Shown: positions 10,878 to 21,447, counted from the stretch's first letter. The stretch is DNA of 64,000 bases from an uncultured Chloroflexia bacterium (GCA_963728205.1 CAVSIV010000006.1:1280001-1344000), one strand, 5' to 3'. Notes: generated by a model from the sequence alone, not told the origin. Made by a program: numbers and translations.

Positions 10878-11768
10878 CTACACGAAGATCGACGCCGTCA
10901 GGCAGTGGAGCGATCCGCCGAGGTGGCGGGTTGGCGAGGCGATGAACGACGGCCGAAATCCGTGCCCCCGCAGGGCGGCTTCGACCGTCCGCCGATCGTC
11001 GGGTGGTGTGATGTCGTAGGTCGGCACGAGCACCCGGTTCCCGATCTGGACCCAGTTCAGGGGGCTCGCGTAGCCGTCTTCGTCCGCGCGCAGCGGGAGC
11101 CGGATGATCTCGACCGCGGGGAGCGTGGTCCGCACGAGCGCCTCGATCGCGAGGCTCACGTGCTGGTCGGCGGCGTCCTCCGGCCAGGCGACCGCGGCGA
11201 GGTTCGCGCAGAGGAAGCGCACGTACACGTCCGCGTGCCCGCTCGGCTCGCGCGCGAACGGTGGAAACACGAGCCAGCGCCGGATGCCGAGGCCGGCCGC
11301 GTGGCCGTCGAGCGCCGTCCCGTCGAGCCCGTTGTCGACGAGGGCCGTCGCCGACGACAGCGCGACGCCGGCAGGGCCGGCGACGACGTTGCCGTGCGCG
11401 AGCACGAGCGCGCCCCGTTTCGCCTCCCGTGCGCTGACAGCCGCGAACAGGCGATCGTCGGCTGCGCGCCCGAAGTCCGGCAGACGGGGCAGCACCCAGC
11501 GGACCTCGCCCGTCGCGTCGCGCAGCGCGATCGGCGAGCGGTCGCGAATCCACGGCGTGTCGTATGCCGCGCCGACGATCGAGAACCGGTCCGGGTGGGC
11601 CTGCTCCCGGACGAAGGCCTTCGCCCGGTCCGGATCGGGCGTGACGAGAATCACCCCGATGTCCCCGGATGCCTCCACAGCGACACGCCGGAACAGCGGC
11701 AGCAGCTCCGTCTCCGCGAACGGGACCATGAGTGCTGCCGGCTCCGCGTAGTCGGGCACGATCCGCAT
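10878..11768 (-). CDS. agmatine deiminase / peptidylarginine deiminase family protein
   Basis: DTPWIRDRSP, HGNVV, SGHADVYVRF, NWVQIGNRVLVPTY, GGSLHCLT (catalytic Cys). Confidence 0.8.
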   Translation of the reverse strand: MRIVPDYAEPAALMVPFAETELLPLFRRVAVEASGDIGVILVTPDPDRAKAFVREQAHPDRFSIVGAAYDTPWIRDRSPIALRDATGEVRWVLPRLPDFGRAADDRLFAAVSAREAKRGALVLAHGNVVAGPAGVALSSATALVDNGLDGTALDGHAAGLGIRRWLVFPPFAREPSGHADVYVRFLCANLAAVAWPEDAADQHVSLAIEALVRTTLPAVEIIRLPLRADEDGYASPLNWVQIGNRVLVPTYDITPPDDRRTVEAALRGHGFRPSFIASPTRHLGGSLHCLTASIFV

Positions 11769-11840
11769 GGCCGCCGTCGCACCCCCCGCCCGTGTCTCCT
11801 GCGACCGTCGACTCGACCAGGTCGGCCGCCTCCCGGCGCA

Positions 11841-12284
11841 TCAGCCCGCTGAGATCGTCACGTCCGTGCACCAGCGGATCACGGTCGTCGGGTCGCCCGA
11901 CTTCCGGACGAGCGCCGTCGCGCAGGCAGTCGCGTCGTCCCCGGGCGCGACCGTTCCGTGGCCCACGGTCTCGGTCACGACCTCCCAGGCCTCGCCCGCG
12001 AGCGTCGAGCACGGCAACACCTCGCGACCCATCGCGATGGCGCGCGAGTCGTGATCGGTGAGCTTGACGTGCATCGCGACGGTGGCCCCGTCCGGGCACC
12101 AGCCCGCCGGCCCGCCCACGGCGACCGACCGCGCATCGAGGGCCGCGGCGCTGGCGATGCCCCATCGGCCCGGGTGGCGCTGCGCGGCCTGCACCGTCGG
12201 GCCGACGAGGCCGGCGACGGGCATCGACACGAACGCCGCGGTTGCCACAGCCAGGCTCGCTGCAATGCGCTTCGCTCTATTCAC
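11841..12284 (-). CDS. secreted hypothetical protein, 4-Cys family (paralog of 21448-21885)
   Basis: Signal peptide; C..C..ACATA..WCTDVTI pattern; GGGGGGAG upstream. Confidence 0.7.
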   Translation of the reverse strand: MNRAKRIAASLAVATAAFVSMPVAGLVGPTVQAAQRHPGRWGIASAAALDARSVAVGGPAGWCPDGATVAMHVKLTDHDSRAIAMGREVLPCSTLAGEAWEVVTETVGHGTVAPGDDATACATALVRKSGDPTTVIRWCTDVTISAG

Positions 12285-12599
12285 GGTGCTCCCCCTCCGA
12301 CGTCGCCGCCATTTCTCTACGGCGGTCCGCCGACCCTAGAGAATCGTCACGCGGCGGGGCATCGGACGTTTGTCCGATCTGCGCCGTGCCACGGGACCTT
12401 CGCTGTAGGGACACGTCGTCTATCCTCGCCGCTCGTACAGCGCTGGAGGGGTGCGGGAGGTACGGGCGGGCTGCTGTCAGTCGGCGATCGAGCGATGGAG
12501 CCGAGGCGAGACCGTCAGATTGCATGAGCGATCGGCCGGCGGGCGCGAGATACTGGCCGTTGCTCAGGCTGTGCCACCCGCGCTGTCCGACGATCGCGA

Positions 12600-12696
12600 G
12601 GGAGTGGATGTTGTCCGGTGATGGCCGCGGTCTTCAAAACCGTTGCGGGGCTACGTCGTAGTCCTGGGTGGGTTCGACTCCCACGCACTCCCGCCA
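12600..12696 (+). tRNA. selC: tRNA-Sec (anticodon UCA)
   Basis: Folded by hand: acceptor GGGAGTG/CACTCCC-GCCA; 6-bp D stem GTTGTC-CGGT-GATGGC; anticodon arm GCGGT-CTTCAAA-ACCGT; long variable arm; T arm GTGGG-TTCGACT-CCCAC. Confidence 0.95.
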
Positions 12697-12820
12697 GATC
12701 GCAAGGTCGCGCGTTCGCCACGGAGCGCGCGCGTGCGCGCGCGATCTCGCGATTCTGCGCAGCCCACTCAACGACTGGCTGAGCGCCGAGCAGCCTCGGA
12801 TCGGGCCGATCCGCGCTGAG

Positions 12821-12853
12821 TTGCCACCCATTTGCCACCCGCCTTGGTGGCAG
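12821..12853. repeat. short direct/inverted repeats resembling integrase arm-type sites
   Basis: TTGCCACCC-AT-TTGCCACCC followed by inverted GGTGGCAG; another TGCCACCC at 12572. Confidence 0.45.
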
Positions 12854-12890
12854 TCGATGGACCGAACGGCACCCGGCGGCACGAGATCGC

Positions 12891-13882
12891 ATGGACGCCG
12901 TTGTTGCGACGGTCGGCGGGATCAACCGACGGAAGGCACCTCGCGCCGAGCGGCCTTCACGCCCCGCGCTCACGGCAGGCCCCCGTTCGCGGGGTCTGCC
13001 TCGTACACCCGACGTGCAATGCGTAGCGGTCGCACCGGTAACACCGACTCCAACGCAGACCCCGATAGCGACGGTTCCATCGACTCCGGTTCCGACCTCA
13101 GTCCCTCCAACTGCAACGCCGACCCAGGCCACCCCGGCCTCAACGCCCTCGCCGCTCTACGTCCCCATCGCGCCCACTACGCTCTATGTCAGCAACGCCA
13201 CTTCGACCGGCTATGTTTCCACCTCGTCGGGCGCGGCCCTGGTGCCGGCTTATGCGACGTGCTCGTTTGCTGACGCCTCACTCGGGTTCGGATACCCGGA
13301 CGGACGCAGCTGGTAGAGACGGGGAAGGGCGTCGGCGTCTGTGACGGCTGGTATTGGTTCGCATCCACACGGGGTAACTTCTGGATCTCCCTCCTCACCC
13401 TTTCGTCGCAGCCCCTTGCGTCACCCGCTCCGACAGCGTCCGCGTTGGTCGTCCAGACCTGCATCGACGGTGAGTTCGACGGCTGGGAGGGAGATACGGC
13501 CTTTCTCCTGTGCAAGGGTGACGTTGTTGTGCAGACGGACGGCAAGTACACGTACCACTACGCGTATCGGCCCGCCGTCACGCTCGTGAGCAGCGGTACG
13601 ACGTGGATCATGTCCGTCGAAGGCATTTCCGACACGATCTCGGTCGTGCCGGTCTCCGGCTTCGAGACATGCATGAGTGGGGAGTTCAAGGAGTTCGAGC
13701 ACGGAGCTGTTTTCCCGCTTTGCAATGGGCAGGCCTGGCAGCAGACTGACTACCAGATCTCGCTCGCGCTCGCCCTGGGGCCGCGTGTGCTCGTCTACCG
13801 GAGCCCGTACGGGGGCGGCTACCTGATGAAGGTGCTGCTTTCGACCTCGCCGCGCGCGGTGAGAGTCTCGCGCATCAGGTGA
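12891..13882 (+). pseudogene. Pro/Thr-rich putative exported protein, frameshifted near 13303 (start uncertain)
   Basis: ORF 12891-13316 (PT-rich) continues in another frame as TQLVETGKGVGVCDGWYW... into ORF 13445-13882, which has two similar C-x-GEF-x-x-W/F-E...LC-x-G subdomains. Confidence 0.5.
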
Positions 13883-14046
13883 CGTGCGGTTCGAGCGCGA
13901 TGCAACGAAATCAAAGCCGCGCCGACGAGGTTCTGTTGCCAGACCTCGATGCGACGGTGGCGATGCACTATGAGGCGATCGTCGCTGAGGCAGCGACCAG
14001 GCCACCTGGATCTCCACTGTCCGCCGTTTGTCGGTAGTTTGTCGTC

Positions 14047-15150
14047 ATGCCGAAGGTTGGGCGAAATGATCCCTGTTGGTGCGGAAGTGGCGCCAAGTTC
14101 AAGAGGTGCCACTATCGGCGTGCGGATGACCGCGCTCCGACCGTTCAGGACAGGATCGAAGCGGCCCGAAGGACGAACCCGACGGGTTGTCTGGCCCCGG
14201 GCGTGGACGTGCCTCGTCCGGAACCGGCGATCCGCGCCCACTCGATAACACGAGCGAGCAGCCTGAGCCGCATCGCGACTGCAGGAAAGGTCTATGTCTG
14301 GAAGCCCCGGCCCGGGCAGCCAAACAACCAGGCCGGTTATCCTGTCGCCGAACTCGAGGGCATCCGGAAGGCGACGACCTTCACGGGGTTCTGCGCGGAC
14401 CACGACCGAAGACTCTTCACTCCCATCGAACTCGCCGACTTCGATGGGACCAAGGAGCAGGTTGGCCTGCTGGCGTTCCGAGCCCTCTCTCGCGAGCTGC
14501 ACGCCAAGCGCCGAGCGCGAGCGCTACTTGAGCACACCCGAACAGCCGATCGCGGGCGGGCCATTCATGACCAGCACAGGATTCAGGAGGCCCTCCAGCT
14601 GTATGGACGCGGGCTCGACCAGGGACTCGCCGACTTGGAACAAGCGAAGACCGCCTACGACCGGCTCGTCCGTCATACGCAGTATGAGCCCATCCGCGCT
14701 CTCGTCGTCTGGACGACAGACACGCCCGACTTCGTCTCCGGAGCAGGCCTCCTTCCGGAATGCGATTTCGAGGGACGCGGACTCCAAGATCTTCGGGCGC
14801 AAGGAACGCTGGAGTCCATCTTCTTCTCCGCCATCGCGTACGGCGACGGTGGAGCGTTCGTCTTCAGCTGGCTGGAGGGCGAGAACTCGCCTGAACGCCT
14901 GGCGCGCTCGCTCGCCAGGATCGCGCCAGAGGACATTCCTCATGCGATCACTCGCTTCGCATTCGAGTTCTTCGAAAACATCGCGATCGCCCCAGCTTGG
15001 TGGGAGGCTCTCGATCGTTCGAGTCGAGATGCTCCAATTGCTCGTATGCACGCGGGCGCAGATCCAATGAGGGTGCGAAGACCAGACTGCCTACTCGACG
15101 ACGACGTCCGCGCCGCGCGATGGTCAGTTTCAAGGATGGGATGGTTGTAG
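14047..15150 (+). CDS. SEC-C motif-containing protein with an uncharacterised, possibly nuclease-like domain
   Basis: KVGRNDPCWCGSGAKFKRCH at the N-terminus; AIRAHSI and GFCADHDRRLF motifs. Confidence 0.8.
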   Translation: MPKVGRNDPCWCGSGAKFKRCHYRRADDRAPTVQDRIEAARRTNPTGCLAPGVDVPRPEPAIRAHSITRASSLSRIATAGKVYVWKPRPGQPNNQAGYPVAELEGIRKATTFTGFCADHDRRLFTPIELADFDGTKEQVGLLAFRALSRELHAKRRARALLEHTRTADRGRAIHDQHRIQEALQLYGRGLDQGLADLEQAKTAYDRLVRHTQYEPIRALVVWTTDTPDFVSGAGLLPECDFEGRGLQDLRAQGTLESIFFSAIAYGDGGAFVFSWLEGENSPERLARSLARIAPEDIPHAITRFAFEFFENIAIAPAWWEALDRSSRDAPIARMHAGADPMRVRRPDCLLDDDVRAARWSVSRMGWL

Positions 15151-15410
15151 CAGAGCTACGATCACGATGACGGCATCGTGTGGCAGTGTGCCCTCAACCC
15201 GGGCGCGTCACCGCCGTCGCGTTGAGTTGTCAGCCGACTCGGGGCGCCACGACGTTCTGATTGCCGCGGACCGGTCGGGTGGCTCGGTCCGTTAACTGGG
15301 ACGTAACCGGCCGTCGGTGAGCGTCCCACAGCGGCGGCCCCCGCGGTACTGAGAAAGAGAGCCGGGCCGCCGGTATTCACAGTCTGCTGCACACCGGGCG
15401 CGGGGGCAAT

Positions 15411-16979
15411 ATGCGCTTGCTGACGGCAATCTTCTTGGGGGTCACGCTGTTGGCCGCCGCAACATTGTCGGACTCAACAGGTTGGGCGGAGGCGGCGCCG
15501 GGGAACGTGCTCAGCAGCCTCACCCGGGATGTACCTGATCGCTGCCCCGGTCCGGCCGGCGTGGGTGTCGCCTATCAGCCACACAATATGGACATGCCCG
15601 TTAGTCATCTCTGGTACTCCTGTCAGGATCCAGAAACCAGAACTTCTTCGAATATCTTGTTTACTGTTCTGTCGGGAGACTCAGCGACACCTCGATCCGA
15701 GTGGATCGCGGTCACGGATGGCCAAGGTCACGACGTTCCACTCGAGGCGTTGGCCTGGGACTCGAATGAACAAACGCTCTGGACCGTGGATCGGATTCTC
15801 ACCGGCCCTAAGAGCGGTAACACAGGGCATGGTACTTGCGCGGTCTGGCGGGGGGTGGACGGTCAGCACACAGTCAACATCGGCGGTCAGTGGCTGATCC
15901 TCGCCAGCCTGGCATTCACGTTCAAGTCTGGAGACGATTGCAATTACCCATCGACGCAATCGAACTTCTTTGACGGACTGACTGTCGATCCAGCGACGAA
16001 CACGCTCTATCTCAGCCCTGCCCGGGGAGCGGTCATTCGACATTTCAATAAGGACGGCACGCCCGCGGCGAATGATCCCATTGACTTTTCGGCGCTCACC
16101 CGCGGAATTTGTGGTGGCCGCGGCTGCCGCAGCTCGGGACTGCTTCTGGGCAGGAACGGTCATCTTCTCTCGGCCACGGGAACGAGCGGAAAGCTCGTCG
16201 AAATCGATCCGAGCGGACCGTCAGTGGTTGCCGTCTACGACAGCGGGGCGGGGCGGGATTGGGGTCTCAGCTGTGGCCCGGCCTTTGTCCTTCCGGATCG
16301 AACGCCCGTGAACGCTATCTTCTCTGCCGATCTCCTCTCGCCGAAGCTCAACATCATCGAGGCGCCTCCTGGAATCTGCGACGCACCTGACTATGGCGTG
16401 CGCAACCTCGTGGTATCGCCGCGTGAGGTGAGCGCCGTGCAAGGCCAGGTAGTGACTGTGTCCCTAAGCGGTGAGTACATCGGATTCGGCTCGGAGATCG
16501 TCGCAGCGGGGGACGTTCCGGTGCGAATCCGTGTCCGAGGCGAGGCAACCCGAAGCCGCATCGTGGCCGCGCCCGGCGATCTTTGTTTTGAATACTTCAC
16601 CCCCGTTTCTGATATCAGCCACACATTTCCGGTTCCCTGCGCGGAAGGAGATGTGGGCGGCCCCCCGACGTACCCGCCGTCTATCGGTGGTCAGGCTTGT
16701 CTTGACGGCATTGACAATGACGGCGACAGCCTCGTCGACGGAGCTGACGCGGACTGCCAGATGACCATCACAGAAGCCGATTTCAGGGGACCGTCAACCG
16801 GGAAGTTCGAGACATTCCACCGGGATGTCTCCTTCCTCTGTTACTACCCCGGAGAGTGGTTGATCGGCGCCAGCGTCGACATCACACGGGCGGCCTCAGA
16901 TCCATCCTCTTGGTTGGAGACAGACTTTAGCAATAACAGCGAGTTGACCTACTTCACCTTCGTCTGCACGTCGAACTGA
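15411..16979 (+). CDS. secreted Cys-rich, beta-propeller-like protein with a Ca-binding-like motif
   Basis: Signal peptide; ALAWD, DGLTVDP blade-like repeats; CLDGIDNDGDSLVDGADADC. Confidence 0.65.
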   Translation: MRLLTAIFLGVTLLAAATLSDSTGWAEAAPGNVLSSLTRDVPDRCPGPAGVGVAYQPHNMDMPVSHLWYSCQDPETRTSSNILFTVLSGDSATPRSEWIAVTDGQGHDVPLEALAWDSNEQTLWTVDRILTGPKSGNTGHGTCAVWRGVDGQHTVNIGGQWLILASLAFTFKSGDDCNYPSTQSNFFDGLTVDPATNTLYLSPARGAVIRHFNKDGTPAANDPIDFSALTRGICGGRGCRSSGLLLGRNGHLLSATGTSGKLVEIDPSGPSVVAVYDSGAGRDWGLSCGPAFVLPDRTPVNAIFSADLLSPKLNIIEAPPGICDAPDYGVRNLVVSPREVSAVQGQVVTVSLSGEYIGFGSEIVAAGDVPVRIRVRGEATRSRIVAAPGDLCFEYFTPVSDISHTFPVPCAEGDVGGPPTYPPSIGGQACLDGIDNDGDSLVDGADADCQMTITEADFRGPSTGKFETFHRDVSFLCYYPGEWLIGASVDITRAASDPSSWLETDFSNNSELTYFTFVCTSN

Positions 16980-17375
16980 TTCGCGGTGCACATGAACCGC
17001 AGGCGTGCACGAAGGGAAGACACCGATGCCACATGGTCCGGCTGACGTGGAGAGGCATGACGATGCGCCCAATCTCGCCGCCGCTCTGCGCCGCTCGGTC
17101 CCGAGACGCGGCACGCCGGTTGGGGTGGCTCTTCATGTTCTGGACGCAATGGACTCACGGCGGGGCGTTGCTACCGGGCCCGTAAGTAGTGAGACGCCGA
17201 CGCGCGAGCTCGGAGTGGTATCCCGCCCCGCGGGAGTCACCGGTAGAAGATCCGATCGGGGACCCGGTCCGCCGATCGAAGCCGTTGTCGTAGATAACGT
17301 CTCTGCTCGCCCGGGCCGTGACCGGCACCCGAGGACGAGCACTATTGCGAGATAGTGAGGCGCGCTCGGGCGCAG

Positions 17376-17590
17376 CTATTTCATGCCAGCGAGGGTGGCT
17401 ACCTCCCGCGCCGCCTCAGTCGGTGAGAGATTCGTGACATCGAGTCGCAGTCTGGCGCCGAAAGGAATGGGCGTCGCGAGGTCGAGCCTGGACATCATGT
17501 CGCGCAGTCGCGGCACATCCTGCATCTTTTCCCGCGCCGCCCTGCCCGGGGACTGGACACGGCTCTCATGTTGAGCCTGCTCACAGAGGA
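17376..17590 (-). pseudogene. C-terminal fragment of a P-loop (AAA/shikimate-kinase-like) protein
   Basis: SRVQSPGRAAREKMQD...DLATPIPFGARLRLDVTNLSPTEAAREV; no P-loop upstream. Confidence 0.4.
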
Positions 17591-18043
17591 CGGCGCAGCA
17601 CGAGCGGGGGCGAGGCGGGTGCGAGGTGGAGGAGGCTGAGCCGCTGCAGGTTCGAAACGAGGACGCAGCGTCACCGGCGGGGATCCCGGCGAGCACGACA
17701 GCTGTCGTGAGGCGATGCGGTGACGCAATCTTCGCAGCGGCATTGGCCAACGGTGCGGGGACGGGCAAGTCGTTCCCGACCGGGCGAGGTGCCGGAACTG
17801 GGTAACCCTGTCACTAGCCTCGGGCGTCGCGGTGCGTCCGCGTTGCCGCGTCACGATGACCTAATAGTGCACCGGCGGATGTGTGCTCACGGTCGGCGTG
17901 AAGGCGTTGCGGCTAGTTCGCTGACCATCTCGATCGCGGCCCCTCGCTTCTCGTGCGCATAGAATCGGCGGTCGACATCTCGACGGCCAGCTCGCCCAGT
18001 GGCATGCAGTTCGGGGTATACGACCGACCGAATGGAGGGTGGC

Positions 18044-18373
18044 ATGGCACAGGGCGCGCTCGAACCGGCGGAAGCGCACCGCCTCACGGCACTCGTGGAC
18101 TACGGCGCGGGCGCCATCGTCAGCCGCGTAATCGGCCGCGGCGACGGCACGAACATCACGCTCTTCGCTTTCGACGAGGGCCAGGAGTTATCCGAACACT
18201 CGACGCCGCAGGACGCCTACGTGGTCGTTCTCGACGGCGAGTGTCGTCTCACGGTTGGAGGCGAGGCGGTGGTTGCCGGACCAGGTGACATTGTGCTGAT
18301 GCCGGCGAATGTCTCTCATGCCGTGCTGGCGGTGACGCGCTTCAAGATGATGCTGGTGATGGTCCGTTCCTAG
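18044..18373 (+). CDS. cupin domain protein
   Basis: ITLFAFDEGQELSEHSTPQDA, MPANVSHAV; GGAGGG RBS. Confidence 0.88.
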   Translation: MAQGALEPAEAHRLTALVDYGAGAIVSRVIGRGDGTNITLFAFDEGQELSEHSTPQDAYVVVLDGECRLTVGGEAVVAGPGDIVLMPANVSHAVLAVTRFKMMLVMVRS

Positions 18374-18440
18374 CTGTTGGACATGCATCCGCCTGCGGCT
18401 TCATACGGCCGGAGGCGATCGTGGCCGCCAGCCGGACCCT

Positions 18441-19341
18441 TCACATATCGAGTTGAGCCACGGCGTCGGCCGTTCTGAGGAGACCACGGCCGAGAGGTTG
18501 GAGCTCCAGGCGGGTGCACCACAGCCCCGAGGACAGCCGTTCGACGGCGGCCCATTCCCAGGTAGCGGTCTCGTCGAGCCCGGTGCCGTGGGCGAGCCCG
18601 CGAGCGGAGGCGCGGGGATCAGCGGGGTCGATGGGGTCCTGGCGCATGATGACGCCGAGGTCATACTCCGATTCGGCCAGGAGGCCGTCGGGGTCGGTGA
18701 GCTTGTAGCCGTGATCCGCCTTCAGCGCGTTCCATTCGTGGATGTCGCCGTGGACGAGGACGCTGGAGGCGTCGTCGTGCGCGGCGATACGGCGTCCGGC
18801 AGACTCGACGGCGTAGGCGACTGCCTCCTTCGAGCAGGGCCGGTCGAGCTGCTCCCAGGTCCGCGTGATGAAGCCGATGAGCCAGCGGCCTTTTGCGGCG
18901 CCGGTGGGCAGGGGCGAGTCGGGGACGAGGCGCCAGAGCCGCTCTGCCGCCGCGCAAAGAATCTCACGGCGCTGCGAAGCAGGCAGGCCGCTTCTCACCG
19001 AGACGGGCGCCGAGGCGCTCGATGAGCATGGCGCCGCGGGAGAGGTCGGAGCGAAGGAGACGAGCACAGCCGTCACCGTCCGCGAGGCGCAGCACGGTGA
19101 TTTCGTTGCGTGCGCCGTCGTCGTCACGGGGGATGCACACCTTCAAGACAGCGCCGGAGCCGTCCGCCAGGCTCGCGTCCGCGACGAACGCTTCGTTCCC
19201 GCCGTCGTAGGAGCGCCCGACCATGATCGACCACTCGCGTTCGAGTTCGGCGACGAGCTCCGGGAGTTGCTCCAGCCAGTCCTGGTGGCCGCCGGCGATG
19301 GCGTGCTTGTGGACGGCCTCGGGAACGCTGCTGATCGACAT
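18441..19341 (-). pseudogene. aminoglycoside/hydroxyurea resistance kinase (APH(6)-like), frameshifted near 18993
   Basis: N-terminal WLEQLP..W...GG...AVLKV in ORF 18964-19413; C-terminal VLVHGDIHEWNAL, TDPDGLLAESEYDLG in ORF 18441-19127. Confidence 0.75.
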
Positions 19342-19539
19342 GCCCGGCTGAACCCCTCGGAGGCGCATCCTACGCGCAGCGGAAGATGCGCACGATGACG
19401 GCATCGTGCGCACGGCGTGCGGCCCGCCGCCGGGCGATGCGCCGCTACGAGAAGGTCACCGCAGTCGACCCATCGGTCCCAGACTAGAATCGTCTGGTCG
19501 TGTTCGATCCAGGCGGACGGGGAGCGGACGGCAGCGGTA

Positions 19540-21102
19540 ATGAGGCTCGGCATCGACTTTGGGACCACGAGCACGGTGGTCGCAGCCTGTGACCGCGGCA
19601 ACTTCCCGGTCGTGAGTTTCGTCGGCGACGACGGGGACGCGACCGAGGCGTACCCGTCCCTGGTCGCCGAGCGGGAGGGACGACTGGTTTACGGCCTGGA
19701 TGCTGCAGCCCGCATGGGCGAGCCGGGCTGGGTGATCCTCCGCTCCTTCAAGCGTCTGCTCGCTCTGCCCGGCGCGAACCTTGCGCAGCCGGTCAGGGTT
19801 GGGACGAGCGAAGTGATGCTGATGGACCTGCTCAGCGGGTTCCTCGCGACGCTGGCGAACGACCTCCGCAAGCGCTCGAACGTGCCGGTGCCGCTGCGAC
19901 CGCGTGAACGCATCGCGGTCGCGGTCGCTACACCCGCGACCGCGCGCAGCCCACAGCGCCTCATGACGCTCGAGGCCTTCCGGAGCGCGGGCTTCGACGT
20001 GGTGGCGATGCTCGACGAGCCGTCGGCGGCAGGCGTCGAGTACGCCCACCGCTACGCCCGGACGCTGACTGCCGGGCGGCAGCGCATCGTGGTCTACGAC
20101 CTGGGCGGCGGGACGTTCGACGCCTCCGTCGTGGACATGCGCGACCGGGCACACGGAATCGTCGCCACGGCTGGCGAACCCTCGCTCGGCGGCGACGACT
20201 TCGACCGCGCGCTCGCTGCGCTCGTGCTCGCGGACCAGGGACGAGCGCAGGAATCCCTCGGCGTCGCCGAATTCGACGCGCTGCTCGAATCCTGTCGGGA
20301 ACAGAAGGAGCGGCTCCACCCGAATTCACGTCGCCTCGTCGTTGAGACGGAAGAGGGGGCGGTCGCAATCTCGGTGCAGCGTTACTACGCGGCAATCGCG
20401 CCCCTCGTCGATCGCACCCTTGCCACGCTGGAGTCGGCGCTCGCCGCCGCAGGCACGGACGGGAGCGACCTTGCCGGCGTCTACGTCGTGGGAGGCGCCA
20501 GCCAGCTTCCCGCGATCGGCCGCTCGATTCGCGCACGCTTCGGGCGCCGTGTGCACAGCTCGCCCTACCCGTCGGCGGCGACCGCCATCGGCCTCGCCAT
20601 CGCGTACGACGCGACATCGGGTTACACGGTCCGCGAGCCACTCGCCCGCTGGTTCGGCGTCTTCCGCGAGGCAACGGACGGCACCGAAGTGACGTTCGAC
20701 CCGATCTTGCCCTCGGACACTCGACGGGCAGAGCACGAAGGGATGCCGGCGCAGGTCGTGCGGCGCTACCAGCCGCGGCATAACATCGGCCACTTCCGTT
20801 TCGTGGAGTGCAGTGGCGTGGATGCGTCCGGCGCGCCCGAGGGCGACCTCTTTCCGGTAGGCGACGTCCTCTTCCCGTTCGATCCCGCGCTCCGCGAGCG
20901 AGGTGATCTGTCGCGTGTGCCAGTCGAGCGACTCGCCGGCGAGGGAACGCCGGTCGAAGAGCGCTACACGGTGGGCCCCACGGGGCTCGTCACGCTGGAA
21001 ATCGTCTCCCTGGACACCGGGTACGCTCGACGCTTCCCGATTGGTGCGTCCTCCGCAGAACGCCCTCAGCGACCGCAGGCCGCCAACCCGCAGGCCTCCT
21101 GA
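19540..21102 (+). CDS. Hsp70 family protein (atypical, non-DnaK)
   Basis: LGIDFGTT, LDEPSAAG, VYDLGGGTFD, LGGDDFD, VVGGASQLP. Confidence 0.88.
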   Translation: MRLGIDFGTTSTVVAACDRGNFPVVSFVGDDGDATEAYPSLVAEREGRLVYGLDAAARMGEPGWVILRSFKRLLALPGANLAQPVRVGTSEVMLMDLLSGFLATLANDLRKRSNVPVPLRPRERIAVAVATPATARSPQRLMTLEAFRSAGFDVVAMLDEPSAAGVEYAHRYARTLTAGRQRIVVYDLGGGTFDASVVDMRDRAHGIVATAGEPSLGGDDFDRALAALVLADQGRAQESLGVAEFDALLESCREQKERLHPNSRRLVVETEEGAVAISVQRYYAAIAPLVDRTLATLESALAAAGTDGSDLAGVYVVGGASQLPAIGRSIRARFGRRVHSSPYPSAATAIGLAIAYDATSGYTVREPLARWFGVFREATDGTEVTFDPILPSDTRRAEHEGMPAQVVRRYQPRHNIGHFRFVECSGVDASGAPEGDLFPVGDVLFPFDPALRERGDLSRVPVERLAGEGTPVEERYTVGPTGLVTLEIVSLDTGYARRFPIGASSAERPQRPQAANPQAS

Positions 21103-21447
21103 CGGAGCGACCGACCGCCGGCGCACTTGAATCCGTGGAACGCTACCGCCTTCGCGCTGGAGGACGTGGTCGCCTCGTACCGCCTGCGCGCCCCGTACCG
21201 ACCGAAGCTCGGGCTCAACCCAGTGCTGCGGGTCCGCAGCGCGCCCGTGCCGGTTTGCACGGGCCGCTTCGCTCGCGGCATAGCCTGCGCCGCTCCACGC
21301 CGAGGCCGGCGACCACACTCTGCCAGTCCGCATCGGATCGGTCAGACGTCCGATGCGATGGATGGCGCGCGGCTCGTACGGTCACGCAGCATGGCCGCCG
21401 CGTGCGCCCCACGTCCGCGGATAGCCGCAGAGAGGAGAGTGACTCAG

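Larger units (their letters stand above)
12697..17900. mobile_element. putative degenerate genomic island downstream of selC (no integrase in the window; right boundary uncertain)
   Basis: Visibly more A/T-rich with atypical codon usage, orphan genes and fragments; TTGCCACCC direct repeats next to the tRNA 3' end. Confidence 0.5.

Noticed and set aside
12697-21200. Intact prophage or ICE at selC
   Set aside because: No integrase, att duplication, or structural or conjugation genes seen in the window.
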